Shown: positions 11,746-25,494 of the stretch, one piece after another
Numbering within the stretch: the first letter of the stretch is position 1
How the letters are laid out: each line of letters opens with the position of its first letter
Origin: Hydrolagus affinis
Taxonomy: Eukaryota
Reading direction: 5' to 3'
DNA length: 64,000 nucleotides
Assembly (NCBI GenBank): GCA_012026655.1
Contig: JAAILG010000726.1
Coordinates: 1 to 64,000, forward strand
The notes under the pieces: generated by a model
Told to the model about the DNA's origin: nothing
What the model saw: only the letters and a program-made list of their open reading frames with translations
Databases searched by the model: none
Made by a program: the position numbers and the translations under genes

Positions 11746-12639
11746 GGAAGAACTGAATAAAGGAAACAATTGTTGCTTACAGAGTGTTTCTACTACCACA
11801 GCTTTGGTATATTTCCTTCGGACATTACCCCCAAAATATTGATGAAAATATCCAGGATTTTCTCCTCACAGCAACCCTTAAAGAGATGAGTGGTAGATAG
11901 ATTGGGGTGGGAGGGGGTTGTCTGAGTCTCTCTCACCCTAGCCAGCCTATGGCATCCCTCCCTCCAGAATATAATCTCTAGCTCAGGTACAAACCCTTGA
12001 CTGTCCAACACATTGGGTCGACCTCCAGACATGAAACACGCTATAAAATGCAATTTGCTGATGTTGTTAAAGGGTGAATAGGGAATCATTCTGTTATTTA
12101 AAACCTTTAAGCTTAAACTAAATAGTACGGACATCAAAACCTTTGATGTGAGGGATTAAATTACAGAATCTCCAAAAAATTCCATCTTGGATATCGGTGC
12201 AGAGTTTGAAAGATTGAATGTTTTCATTTCTGTCTTTCTCCTTCTGGTTTCTCCCTTTATAGATACAGTATTGTGACTGGTTTGTTATGAGACCATAATT
12301 GCTGTTTACACCAGAATGTAAAATAGACAGCAGCTATCAATTATGCTCTAGCAGTCACTTCTTTCTAACCAGCAATTACTTGCTAGTGAGAATAGCAGCT
12401 GCCCAAACATAACAAAAGACTAGACAAGAAATACACTCAAAATGTATAGAAAAATAGATAACAAACCAGAAGCACTTGTGTTGGTTTATCAGTTTTGCAA
12501 AGACAGGCAAGTCGTTCAGATCATATGAGCAGGATTCATTTCAAAATTCATGAGCATAGCTTTTGGATCAAAATTATGGCTGTTCTGGATTAACTGATCT
12601 CATACACGGTGTTACAATTAGATTCAGCATTGCATCAAT

Positions 12640-12966
12640 TGTTCCTGTAGTTCAGTGGTTAGAGCACTCGCTTTACAAGTGTGAGACCTGTGTTCAAATC
12701 CAGGCGGATCAGGGCGAAACCTTGGGAAAGTTTCTTTATTCCACACGCCTAATAATAATCCGTACAAAAAAAAACACAATCATAAAAATTGGTCATTTCA
12801 ATCCACGACTGTTTGTGAGACACTGCTGTGTCTCAATAGGCTGCCGTGTTTCGCCCACAAATATACAGCCAATTCACTTTAAAGTAAATTCTGTGAAGCG
12901 CTTTGAGACGTGGATAAGATGTGAAAAGCGCTATGTCAAATGCAAGGATTATTATTATTATTATAA
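12640..12966 (+). mobile_element. SINE family A, full length
   Basis: Closely similar to 7509-7828. Confidence 0.93.
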
Positions 12967-15706
12967 CTGCCCATCTGCCCCCTTCAACAGTTAGATACAA
13001 CAAAATCTGCCCCTGATTGCTATCCAGTCACCTTGCTGGAAGATGCATGTGTAGTTGTAAGGACGTGTAAAGGATCATGTTGGGCCTTAGCCTCAATTTC
13101 CCTTTGCTTCATCTTGAATGTGAGCACAGTCAAACGGCCTGCCAACATCCAGACTCAGTTAGAGCTAAACACTGGAGTGACTCGGACAAAGTAATAAGAG
13201 GCTGATCAGCATGAGAGAAACATAACATTTAACAACAACAAATTGTATTTATATAGTGCCTTTCACTTTGGAACGACGTCCCAAGCTGCTGAAAAAAAGA
13301 TTCATTGCGCCTTTGTAGAGCAAGTTTTTTTTGGAAAAAAAACACATTAGAGCAAGGAAGACACATCATTCAGAAATCTAAGTGAAGCAATAAGTTTTAA
13401 TTCCAATATAGGGAGATTGCACAGAGGAGGGAGATGAAAAAAAACACTATGAAAATAAGACATACGATTTGTTTCAAAGTACTGAATATGAGAAGGTTCA
13501 GCGATTGAACTAATCAGTCACCTAAAAACACATTGAAATTATTTGAACAAATATTATCCAGTTAAGCTGGTTAAGCATAGAAATACTATTGCAGCTCTCT
13601 GTAGGTTAAACCTACAGTGTGTCATCTTAGCTCTGGAAAGTTTTGAACGAAAGCTGTGGAATGCAGACATAAAAGATGGTCTCTTGAGGCTAGGCAACAA
13701 ATAATCACTAAATAATCATTAACTTGCACAAAGGAGATTTACTCAAACTAGAATACTTTGGCCACATATCACCACAAATATCTAGACTGACTGAGCTACC
13801 AGTCTGGCTAAGATGGAAAGAATATGGGCTTCAAAACTAAGACGGTTTGGTAATGGTAGCTTAAACATTGGAAAAAAATTACATGAGTCAGAAAATGATG
13901 CAAATCTGAACCGGCCTTGAAATTCATTCATTCCTGAGCATAGTTTTTCTCAGAGGGAAAATGTGTATTCACAACCTCTAGCCTGCTAGACCTTTACAAC
14001 AAATTTACAGTTACATTTATGAAACTGAACAAACAGCAATAAAAGTTACAGCTAATAAATGTCAACTTGTTTTTAGACATTTAAGTTGTGACAAACATTA
14101 TTACAGGAAGGCCTATTCGCTAACTAGAAATGCAGTATTTTGCCAAGTCTGATCCAACCAGATGAAAACTATAATAACTGCAGTCTCAAGAGACAGTTAG
14201 AAAACTACTGCATTTATATGGCCCAGCATCAATCATTTCAGGTTGTGCAATTTTATTCTAAAGGATTTACTGACTGTACATACATCATAGCCGGCATGAT
14301 CATGTGCACACTAAACTTTCTCCAATGACACTTTTCACAAGCAAAATCCTTCACTTAAAGTTGAGCAATATTCCTCCAGGATAATGAAAATATGTATGCA
14401 CATTATACTCACATTGGGCTCCACAAACCTCTTACTGTGTTGCCTATTTGTATTATGTTTGATGTATGAAGTACATTTCAAACGGACGATTGAAACTATA
14501 GTCACGCAGGAAAAAGATTTGATTGAAATGTAAATTGGCGTGTTCCCATCAGTGCGTACTATGAATGCTGCTTTGAAAAGTGCGGAACTTAAAAACATAG
14601 CTATTCTGTGATTGTATGTGTTGTATTATTTAAATATCAGGGATTTATAGAATAGAAACAAAAGTGTGTTATATAGCCAAAAGCCAGAGTTTAACACTTG
14701 CGGTACAGCATTTTGTAGAGATATATGACAATTTATGCTCACAATGTAGGAAACACGACAATTAATCAATTCAACAAAAAAAATGAATTACTGAAAGTTT
14801 TACGTGTTACTGGTCTTTCCTAACCATAACACTGGTGTGTTAGCACTAGAAGTGTTCAAAATTTATATGAATAAACAAATTAATTACTCTCCTATCGGGC
14901 AAATTGGAATTTTGATTATGAAACAAATCTGAAGAAAACAAGGCTTTTCATCAAAAGTTATGAAGCTGCAGTTTGAGTAATTTTGTACCGGTATTAATGT
15001 CAAGCACATCACACAAACACAGCTTCACATTAACAGAAACTAAACAATGACAAAGTCATGAGGGTAATTAAGAAAAGCTAAATAATTTTTTTAAATGTAC
15101 AAAACCAAATATTATCCCACTGCAAAATCAGCAACAACAACAAAATTACATTTGTATAGCAAAACACCATGAAAGTTTTCTGCAGGAAAGTCATAATGTG
15201 TGCTTTTAATATTTTAGGAACTACATCAATTTTTTTTTGTAATTAACCCCATGTAAACCGAGAACCAGATAGCTTCTTGCTTTTGGAACATTGATTCATT
15301 TTAGAATGGAAAAAATGTGTCTTTTTGCGAGCTGCAAGATAAGATCTTACCTGAAACAGGTTTGAGTAGTTGCCAACCGATTGCAAAACCACAAAGTTAT
15401 CTCCAACTCAAATTTAGCACAAGCCGTCAATTATAATAATAATACTTGTGTTTAATATAGCACCTTATCACATCGTCGAGGCATCTCAAAGTGCTTCACA
15501 GGTTATCCTGTAAACAACAACAACAACCATAAATACTGTAAAATGCAGTGAACGTATTTTATGGGCGAAATGATACCTGAAGTTGGCAAAGGAAAATGCC
15601 ATAATAGAAGATGGTCAATTGACAATAAGAATAGAGCATGAGTTTCGATTTAATGCAGTGTATAGCAGATTTATTCTGGTTTTGTCTGCAATGTATCTGG
15701 TCTGGG

Positions 15707-16079
15707 AATAATGATAATCCTTGTATTTGATATGAATGTTATAACATCTCAAAACATTTGATAGGGTTTTGTAGTCGATTGCAGTGACTGTGACAGCAAA
15801 CAGCAGATACTTTGTGAGGAGCAAGGTTGGACAAACAGCCATGATTCATTTATCTAAGAATTGTGGATTGAGACACTGGGAGAAACATCAATTTCTTTTT
15901 TGAAATAATGTCATGAAATCGTTAACATCTCCCTGAAAAGGCAGAAGGGAGCCTGGTTTAATATTTTAACTGAAAGATGACACTGAAATGTCAGGTTGGT
16001 CTCGGAGCTCAATCCTGACATTGAACTCACAATCTTCTAACGAAAGCAACAATGCTACCAACAGGGCCATACTGATACC
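15707..16079 (-). mobile_element. SacSINE1-like DeuSINE, degraded
   Basis: Reverse complement aligns with 8548-8978. Confidence 0.7.
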
Positions 16080-16099
16080 CTTTGATGCTGTAGCTTAAT

Positions 16100-16232
16100 A
16101 AGAACATAAGAAGTAGGAGCATGAGTAGGCCATTCGGCCCCTTTAGCCTGCCCTGCCATTTAATAAGATCATGGCTGATGTTCTATCCCAATTCCATTTG
16201 CCAGCTCTAAACCATATCCCTTAATCCCTTCA
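16100..16232 (-). mobile_element. CR1 LINE 3' end
   Basis: aagaacataagaagtaggagc...ggccattcggccc...aataagatcatggctgat is the typical antisense CR1 terminus. Confidence 0.85.
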
Positions 16233-16882
16233 GCTTTTATAAAGGGCTTTTAATGCCCTTAATGGAAAATTATTTAATTCCTAGAAATGACAAACCTCAC
16301 CTTGATCCAACAGAAAGTTATAAAAACAGTACATTTTTAAAAAAGCATCATAATACTATAGAATATTAATATAGTATCTGGTTCCTGTTGATAAACAATT
16401 GTGAACATTTAGTTTTAGAGATGAATTTATTTAGCATTATTTTACAGCAGTTTACACTTACAGTGTTACATAAGGAACACAAAATTGGTACCATCTGAAA
16501 GAAAATCCTGCAATGACAACTGGCACCATGATTCGCTAGTGAGACACTGCACTGACCGACCACAAAGTAAAGCCAACCATAAAGAGAAACCTTAGCTCCA
16601 ATCTTCAGAACATCACTAATCCATTTCATCAGCATAATGTTTGTAACTGCCATGGTCTCTAACTTGAGATCTCATGGATCAACATTGACAAGTGAGTGCC
16701 ACATTTAGTCTCACTTTAAGCTTTGGATTCACATCCACAGAGAGGAAAAGAGAATCAATGCAGCCAACATCAAAGCAGACTGCACCATTATCATGATTAA
16801 AATAAAGAATATTGATTGTTTTAAACTTACATGAGAACAAATGAGAACTTGCAACACTGTTTGAATCAACAAAACAGGCAGA

Positions 16883-17580
16883 TAAAACACAAAATACTGC
16901 AGAGGCTGAAAGACTGACAACACCAACAACAACTTTGATTTATATAGTGCCCTCCATACCGGACAGCGTCTCAGAGCGCTTCACAGTAACGGATCCCGGG
17001 AGTGAGCCAGGGGCAGGGGGAGAAAGGTGACCAAAGGCGCGGTCGAAGAGAAAGGTCTTTAGCCGAGACCTGAAACTGGGAAGAGAGGGGGCGAGGCGAA
17101 GGGAGTGAGGAAGGGAGTTCCAGAGCCTTGGGGCGTGGTGGCCGAAGGCATGGCCACCGATGGTGGAGCGGAGGATTCGGGGGACAAGGTGGAGGCCAGA
17201 TCCGGTACAGCGAAGACAATGGGAGCTGTTTTGAGGAGGTCGGAGAGGTAGGGGGGATATAGAGGAGTGGAGGGATTTGAAAACAAGAGTGAGGATCTTG
17301 AAATCAATCCTCTCCGGGACAGGGAGCCAGTGAAGTCTGGAAAGGACTGGGATAATGGGGGAGCGAAGTTTGGTGTGGGTGAGAATGCGTTGTATTGTAT
17401 GAGTTGGATTTAATGGATTGCGGTGGAAGGAAGACCGTCGAGGAGGACATTAGAATAGTCCAGCCGAGAGGTGACAAAGGCATGATGAAGGGGAGTGGAC
17501 CCGAAACATTGACTCATTTTTCTTTCTTCATAGATGCTGCCTGACTCGCTGAGTGTTCCCAGTGATTTCTGTTCTTGTTT
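16883..17580. mobile_element. Penelope-like palindromic terminal-repeat remnant, interrupted by L2
   Basis: Left part aaaacacaaaatactgcagaggctg; right part tgatgaagggg...cccgaaacattgact...catagatgctgcctgac; related copy at 31945-32080. Confidence 0.7.
16921..17482 (-). mobile_element. L2 LINE 3' fragment, family A
   Basis: Highly similar to 5842-6390; 5' truncation in the HAFVTSRLDY motif. Confidence 0.93.
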
Positions 17581-18469
17581 GAAAAACACAGATATGTTGT
17601 TTTCAAGATTTTAATATTATTGTAATTACTACATAAACACAGATACTTTCTGGACAAAAGTGGGGCATTAAAGTTATTGTGCATGCGTCTCTTTTGCAGA
17701 AAGATGACATTGTTGATCTGATTTTTCAAATCATATAGCATGAAACATTCCAAGCAAATTCAACTTATTTTCTAGAAATCTTCCTGCGATAAATGTGGTT
17801 GGAATATAAAGTCATAGTTATAATTTTTAAAGCTATAATTACATACTAAACATTTTTGAGTAATAACTAGGCAGTTATTGTTCCTATGTTCTGGTTCCAA
17901 AACACAATTTGGTCGAGGTTATGAAGCACTGTACAAGGCAGCAGAAAGTACAATTCAAGATCTGCTTGGTAGCTAAAGCAATAGGGTAAAAGGGGAACAA
18001 ATGTAAGTTTGTCTTGTCAGATTAAGTGTCAGATACCCCTATACTCCAACCCACAAATCCACAAAGATATTGAACAAGTGTTTTCACTGCTGGTCTAGCA
18101 GGCAGCTAAATAATGGTGATGCACCATCTTTAATCCAACGGGTTAGCATTCTTAAAGACTATTACAAAATAAAGTGCTTTTTTTTCCTCTCTCAATGAGC
18201 AGCTGTTTCTATTTTCACTTGTATTACTGCAAAAAAAAATCCTCCAAGCAGCATCAGCTATATTCTTAAACTGGTTTCCTGGCACTAAACATATATTTTG
18301 CTCTCTCCAAACATTAAAATGTTTTCCAATATCAAATGTTACACATTTATCTGTGTGTAGGTAAAGACTTTTCTTCATCCTTTAATTCAAAAGAATGCAT
18401 TCACAAGCCAGTGGAAAGAAACCAGTCTCTCAAGGATGTATTTGGAGTCGGAGGGCAGAGAGAGCAGAG

Positions 18470-18918
18470 AATGGAAATTCATAAGATTGATTTGGACGAT
18501 CTCATCCCTCCAGAACACTCACCCCACCATCCCCGTATCACAGCATCAAGCTGCTTTTGAAATGAGACCAACGTTTCTGCCTCAACCACCTTTCCTGGCA
18601 ACCTGTTCCAGTCATTGGTTACCCTCTGAATAAAGAAAAACTTTGTAGTAACTGTCCTGAAATTGCACTTTATAATTCCAACCTCTTATTCTGCTCATTA
18701 CTAAAATTACTTTTTCAATCCTATTTAAAATGTTATACACCTCTGTGCGGGCCCCTCCGAATTGTCTTCTCTCAAGACTGAAGAGCTCTATCTCGTTTAA
18801 TCATTGTTCATAGCTCGTTCCTCTAACACTGGGGTTCATCCTTGTTGCTCTCTACTGCACTGCCTCTAGGGCCTGTGCACCCCACTTATGTCTCAGTGTA
18901 CAGAACTATATACAGAAC
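18470..18918 (-). mobile_element. CR1 LINE fragment
   Basis: accacctttcctggcaacctgttccag...accctctg and catccttgttgctctctactgcac...cagaact are antisense CR1 ORF2 3' motifs. Confidence 0.75.
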
Positions 18919-19866
18919 GTCCTTGGAATGTCCTCCTGATGTGAAAGACGCTGTACAAGTGTAATTTTATTGTATATGCAGCACCCAAGTTGCGATGAAC
19001 TCAGAGCTGTTCAGCTCAACTATGAAGCCTGGGCATCTAAACTCAGCTGATATAACAATATGCTCAACTATTCATAAAAATGCAAGGACTATTAATACAG
19101 CCTAACTTCCTGTTTGCCTTGTTTACTGCTTGGGATGTAATCCCGATGTGAAAGGCGCTCTATAAATGTAATTTTGTTGTTGTATCACATGGTTTATTAT
19201 TCGACAAATTACAAGTAAATAATCCTTCAAGACACTTTTGATGTGTGTGCTATCAGGCGGAGTTAATAATAATGATAATAAACTTTACAATAATAATCTG
19301 TGCCATTGATATAGCTGTGAAGCGCTTTGAGACATCTCAGTGTCATGATAAGGAGCAATATGAATTGCAAGGATTATTGGAGCATCTTATCAAGTTGATT
19401 TAGAATTTATTTATTTTTTATTTATTGGGTTGAGTGTGTACTCTTAAGAGTCAAAAACTAAATTTGGTAATTTATCTGTATTCTTCGCCACGCCACTGGA
19501 ATACAATCTATTTCAGTTCAGAGGGACAAGGCAGGTCCTTTGATACGGGACAAACAGGAGATGGTGTTTCTTGTTAAATTGAGGGTCGTGCCTCATGGTG
19601 CAGTACACTAACAATGCTGAGAAGAGCAAAAACAAGTTGTTAGATGGTGCCAAACTATACACACAATTATACAAATCTGCATTTATTTGTTGCCTTTCAA
19701 ATTGCGAAGCCATCCCAAATCACTTAACATTGCAGGAAGTGGGTAAGGAGTACAATGGTGAGGTTCTGGGAAACTATGAGGTAGAGTATTGAGCAACACA
19801 ATACACAGAGAAGGCAGGGAGGAGGAAGAAAACACAAATATTTTGGTTCTTTTGCCGTAAATTCTT

Positions 19867-20178
19867 GGAGTCCTACAGCTCAGTGGTTAGAGCAATCGTC
19901 TTGCATGCGAGAGACCTGGGTTTGATTCCAGGCAGGGCGAAGTTTAGGCCAGTTTCCTTACTCCACAAGCCTGATAATAATCCCTCAAAAAAACAATAAT
20001 AATTTGGTCACTCAGTCCATGACTGTTGTGGGATATTGCTGTACGCAATTGGCTGCTGTATTTCACCCATAAATATAAAGTCAATTCACTTTATAGTATA
20101 TTCTGAGAAGCGCTTTGAGACATCTAGAAGACATGAAAAGCGCTATATCAAATGCAAGGATTATTACTATTATTATAA
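19867..20178 (+). mobile_element. SINE family A, full length
   Basis: tRNA-Ala-like head (cttgcatg), Deu segment, tail. Confidence 0.92.
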
Positions 20179-20804
20179 TTCCATCTGATAATTTATTTGA
20201 AGCCTCACCAGATCACAAGAGAAGCTCAAATGAGGAAAGCCCTTCAGCCCATTTGATCTCATTCAGAATACACAATCTACCACTTTTCCATCATGGCATC
20301 AAGATGCTTTCTCTCTCCTTCCCCCTACCCCGACCCTCCCCACCACCCCTCTCGGGTCCCGACCTGACTGTTCAGCACTTTGGGATGTCCTCCCGACATG
20401 AAAGGCGCTTTATAACTGTAATTTTGTTGTTGGTGTTGTTTCTAATTGAATCCAGGATCATGCCCTCAACCACCTTTCCTGGTAACTTGGTCCACTCATT
20501 AATTACCTGTGATTATCAACTGGACTAATACTTCTTGGCATGTGGCCCAAAATCGCCATTTAAAATCTTGAACGTGTGCTCTCTTGGCATAGCTGAAAGC
20601 ATTGCTCTAGGTTTACCTTCTCAACCCAGTTAGTTACTACAAAATAGAATCAATGGTGAACAATACATTTAAAACTACTGTACAGAATATTATTTGAACA
20701 ATAGAATACACTTAGATTAATAACCTACACAAATCTGAGACACTATTTGTTTAAAGAGATGGTGGGCCCACAGAAAATATAATTGCAAAATCCATGCCCC
20801 CGAT

Positions 20805-21080
20805 CGAAGAGAAAGGCATGGACGAAGAGGAAGGTTGGATTTCAAAAGGGGGAGAGAGGGACAGTTTTCAAGAGTTTGTGGGCACAGTGGTTGAAAGCAT
20901 GACCTCTGATGGTGGGGCGGAGGGTGCGAGGGACAAGCAGGAGGCCGGTGCCAGTTGAGCTGAGGGGTCAGGTGGTGGATTGGGAAGTGAGGAGGTCGGA
21001 GAGGTCAGGGAGGTGCCAGGGAGTGAGTTGGAGTAAACCAAGCGGGAGGTGACAAACACGTGCGGGAAGGTTTCAGCTGC
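20805..21080 (-). mobile_element. L2 fragment
   Basis: AETFPHVFVTSRLVYSNSL motif. Confidence 0.7.
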
Positions 21081-21741
21081 ACTAAAACTGCTAGAAAGAT
21101 CCACAGAAAAATATGACAATTACCCCAATTCAGACTTCGAAGGCAGAATTTGAAAAATACCGATCTAAAATAAAATGGTACATTACATTCGAGGCATCAA
21201 CGTTACTTGTTTTATAAATGTGGATTGTATATCAAATCTGCACATAATTATCATTCATTGTTTGTGGCCTACAGCCCTCACACCATAGAAAAAAACACCC
21301 CTGGGCGAACGAGATGACAATGCATTATTTGTTAGCACCTTAGTCAAGGCTTATTCTAAAAGGTTTCACTGAAACTTGTTTGAACATGCCTATGGCTACT
21401 TACTTCCCCTTACTCTTGCTCGGTGTTCAACCCAGTCTTTGTAAAGTGTCCCGAGACATTCATCATCTGAATGTAATGAATGTGTAAACAAAGAGCACTT
21501 ACAAAAAAGCCACATACCTTTACAAAGCAACAGTGTTGAGGTGTGCGTCACAAGAGTGATGTGTTGTTTAGTAGATTTTCACTGATCTAATCATGTGAAC
21601 ATCATGCTGATGTTACTCTTAACACCACTACTCATTTGATGCCATTAGATATTTCTGAAGCATATGATCCACTCTCACATTTTGCACCTCAAAAATGTTG
21701 CCGATTTATGTTATTCTACCTAACTTCTGTTCTTGTTATCA

Positions 21742-22035
21742 ACAACACAATTACACTTGTATAGCCTTGGGATGTCAGGAGGACATCCCAAGGCACTGGA
21801 CAGTCATTGTTTCAGACCCGAGCTGGGGTCGGGGACTGAGAGGGTGGAGGGAAATGAGGGGATTTGGGGTGACCGATGGGAATGTTGAAGAGGAGGGTCT
21901 TGAGGTGGGACTTGAAGGAGGCTAGGGAGGGGGTGAGGTAGAGGGATTGCGGGACGGAGTTCCAGAATTTGGGGGTAGAGTGGCTGAAGGCTCGCCCACC
22001 AATAGTGGAGCGGGTGGGTCGGGGGACGTGGAGTA
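21742..22035 (-). mobile_element. L2 3' end, family B
   Basis: IGGRAFSHSTPKFWNSVP...FKSHLKTLLF. Confidence 0.88.
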
Positions 22036-23257
22036 GATTTCTTATCAAAATATTCTAACTGGACTCATTGAATAAATAGCTTGATGGTTTAAATGGAAGG
22101 ACTGAGGGGTGGGTACTGTGAAAGGAAGCAATCAAATAGGCTGAAGGCTGCCTTCATTCAAATCTTTCTTCTGATCTTATGACTATCAAAAGGACCGAAG
22201 AGGTGATTGCTCAGATGTCTTTGGAGCTGTTGAAAGAGCGGTAATTATACTTTTGATCTATAAATATTTAATGTTATTTTAGAAAACACTGTATTAGTAG
22301 ATACTAAATACAGTAGCAACAGTTCACTTAGAATGGTATTCCAACACATTGACTCACTTATCAAACATGGCTACGTCACAAAAGAAAACATCAATAGTGC
22401 TACTCTTTTCCAAAACAGTTATTATTCAGAGCGCACAACACTACAAGAAGCTTACAATCCCAAAGCACAAAAACAGAATTGTCAGCCACAGATTACATAT
22501 TAGATTTTTTTCCCCTTCATACATAAATAATCTAAAATTAGATGATTTAAACAAAACGTTAAATTCATTTGACAAAATGGGCTCACTTAACAGAATTTAA
22601 TTGAAGAAATCGCTTCTCAAAAACATTGCAGCTTTTAGTACTGGATAACAATAGGCCGAATGGCTAATTTGACCTTTGCATCTGCTAGCAAATGAAATCA
22701 GTGTGCCAATGGAATGGCAAATCAAACTTCAAACCACAAACTCAGTCTTATAAAGTCAAGCTTATTAAATTACAGTTGACAACAAATGTTGATCTCAGTC
22801 TAAACGACTTGTTTTCTGCAAGATTAGTAAGTGCTCTCCACAGCTTTATATTCTTTGAGAAAAAAATTCCCTTTAGTGCAATACAAAGGAAAGTCTGTAT
22901 GCAAGTGCTTTAAAGCTGTAATTACCGTATTAAGTGCCTTTAGTGAAGTTGGGAGACAGGATTATCTAGCTAGATATTTGCTCGCCACATAACCTACGGG
23001 TCAGCTCATGGAACTGGAATCAATATCTTCATCAATACAAAATAAAATGCAAGTAGTTACTGGAAAAAATATTTACAAAAAACATTAAAGATACAGGATT
23101 TTCTTTGACTGAAGCACATAAGATCAATATTAATTAACCGCTACAGAACCGTTCTAAAAATATATATCCCTGAAGTGGGGTAAGGGAGAAAAATAGGGAG
23201 AGGGAATAAGAAGCGATGGAGTCTTATGTGAAGTGTATACAGCAGCACAAACAAGTT

Positions 23258-23681
23258 ATAATAATCTTAGTATTTCATATAGCACCTTTCACATCGGGAA
23301 CACGTCTAAAACATCTGCAGATGTTATTAGGAAGTGCTGGGACTGTATTTTGTTAGTGAACACAACAGCTAATTTGTGCACAGGAATGTCCCACAAAATG
23401 CTATTGTGTCTGAAAGATTGTTGGCCAGCACACTAACATGAAAATTTCCTTTTCGTTTTGAATCGTGCTGTGGAATCGATCATATCCACCTGAACAGGCA
23501 GACGGGATCTCAGTTTAATGGCTCACCCGAACGCCAGCACCTTACACAATACAGAACACCCCGAGCACTGCAATGCAGTAACATCTTCAACTTGTGAGCT
23601 CAAAGTTCTGACATGGGGCTTGAATCCACAACTTTAGGCTTTGGAGGTAAGAGTGCTACCAACTGAATCAGGCTGACACCT
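23258..23681 (-). mobile_element. SacSINE1-like DeuSINE
   Basis: ccacctgaacaggcagacggg and gagtgctaccaactga...gctgacacct. Confidence 0.85.
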
Positions 23682-25494
23682 GTAGTTTCTATACCTATGT
23701 AAATTTACGCTAAAACAAAATACAAGTTCATTTCATTTACATTTCAACCTAAAGTAATCCAGTTATCCTGGCAGGAATCACCCAACATTGTTGTGTGATG
23801 CTGGCAAACACAACGCAACACTTTTTTGAAACATGAGTAGCTCATTGGCTGAACTGATGGCACATTTCAGTCAGGTCATTGTTCACCTACACACGATACC
23901 AGGGTCAACAAGTTTCCATTTCCATTGAAAATAGTCCGAATTTAAAACAGTTTGCTAAAATTATTCAAATTTAAATTATTTTAAATGACTAAGCGAGCCC
24001 AAACACATGTACTGTACTAGATTCAAACAAACTTGAGATTATTGAATTCCTTCTCTCCTCAAACACACACACCCATAGAGCAGAAATATTCAACAGATTC
24101 CCAGCAAAAAGCAATCAATGATGCACCCACTACATTCCTTAAAACAAACTATAGAAGTTTAAAGCTCAGCAGTAAGGAGGCCCAGCTTACCTCCCCTTAA
24201 CAAGGAGTCACTCGTTGATCATCTGTCATCTGACAAATGTAGGTTTGAGCCTTCACTAGGTGGCTAGCAAGTAACAGGAAATCCATGCAATCCACGCAAG
24301 CTACCTGGTCAGTGCTTTGGGACATCCTCCCTACGTGAAAGGCGCTCTATAAATGTAATTTTGTTGTTGTATTTTGTTGAGCAGTACAGCTCGGCATGAA
24401 ATTCACGAGCGTATTTCCACCATCCAGTTTGTACATGATTCCCTACTCATTGAGGGACGATTCCACTCTTTGGAGTTTAAACAACAGCAACTTACTTTTC
24501 CGGTTACTTCTTCTTTTAACTGGTCCCATAAGACAACTGCTTGAGAATCAAAGTGCCCTTTTATTTATATGATGTAATGCATACATTAAATGAGTCATTA
24601 CAGATGTGTTATTAGTCAATATTAAATCCACAAACTGCAGCAAAAACACTAGGAAAAATTGGGACGATTACTGTGGTCCGTAATGAGTCAAGGTAATGTG
24701 CATCGAGGCTAACTACTTTTGTGACAGAGTCTAAACTGACTAGAGCACTTTGATTAGAGGCGCACTCCACACAAAATGAGGACTTGTGGTATTGAGGAGT
24801 AGGTGTTAATGTTTAGTGAGTTAGAGTTCTTGCTTGTGATTCCCTCAATAAAATATTGACCCCAAAGAGGAAAAAGGATTAATACTTTCAGTGTGCGATG
24901 TCCCAAATGACCACACATTTTCCACCATTCAACATCTGTTTTATACATTTCAAATGCTTCCAAAAGGGTTCTAAGACTTTAAGGTAATAAAACAATTCAG
25001 CAACATAACTAAGGTCGTGCAAGAATTAAGTATGGAGAGAATTCTATCCCACTCCCAACTGAGGCAACAGTCATATTGGCCCATTCCCAGAAGTAAATAA
25101 TGTTTCTCATAGCGTAGAACAGCCTGGCAGGGTGACTTACATACTGACCTTTCATCTCTTTCTCTTTCCTGCTCAACCCCACAAAATTCCATGGCCATAG
25201 CAGTTCATTTGAAAAAATTACATGATTGTACCAACCCATTCTTGTTTCGTAAAACTGAATTGTCATGTTACGGTGGTGGTTGTGGGGTGGGGGGGTGGGG
25301 GGGAGCACACTGCTCTTAATCACAATTTGGAAACAGATTATGTTTAAAGGATATAAAACTGAGGCTGGCGATCACACACAAGAGAATTTCTCTCTCCCCT
25401 CTTCATCCCCTCTTTCTCTCCCCCTCTCCCTGTCTCCCTCCCCATCCAGGCACTCCAGTTCACAGTAATTAAGCTGCACTGAGCTTTGTGAGCT

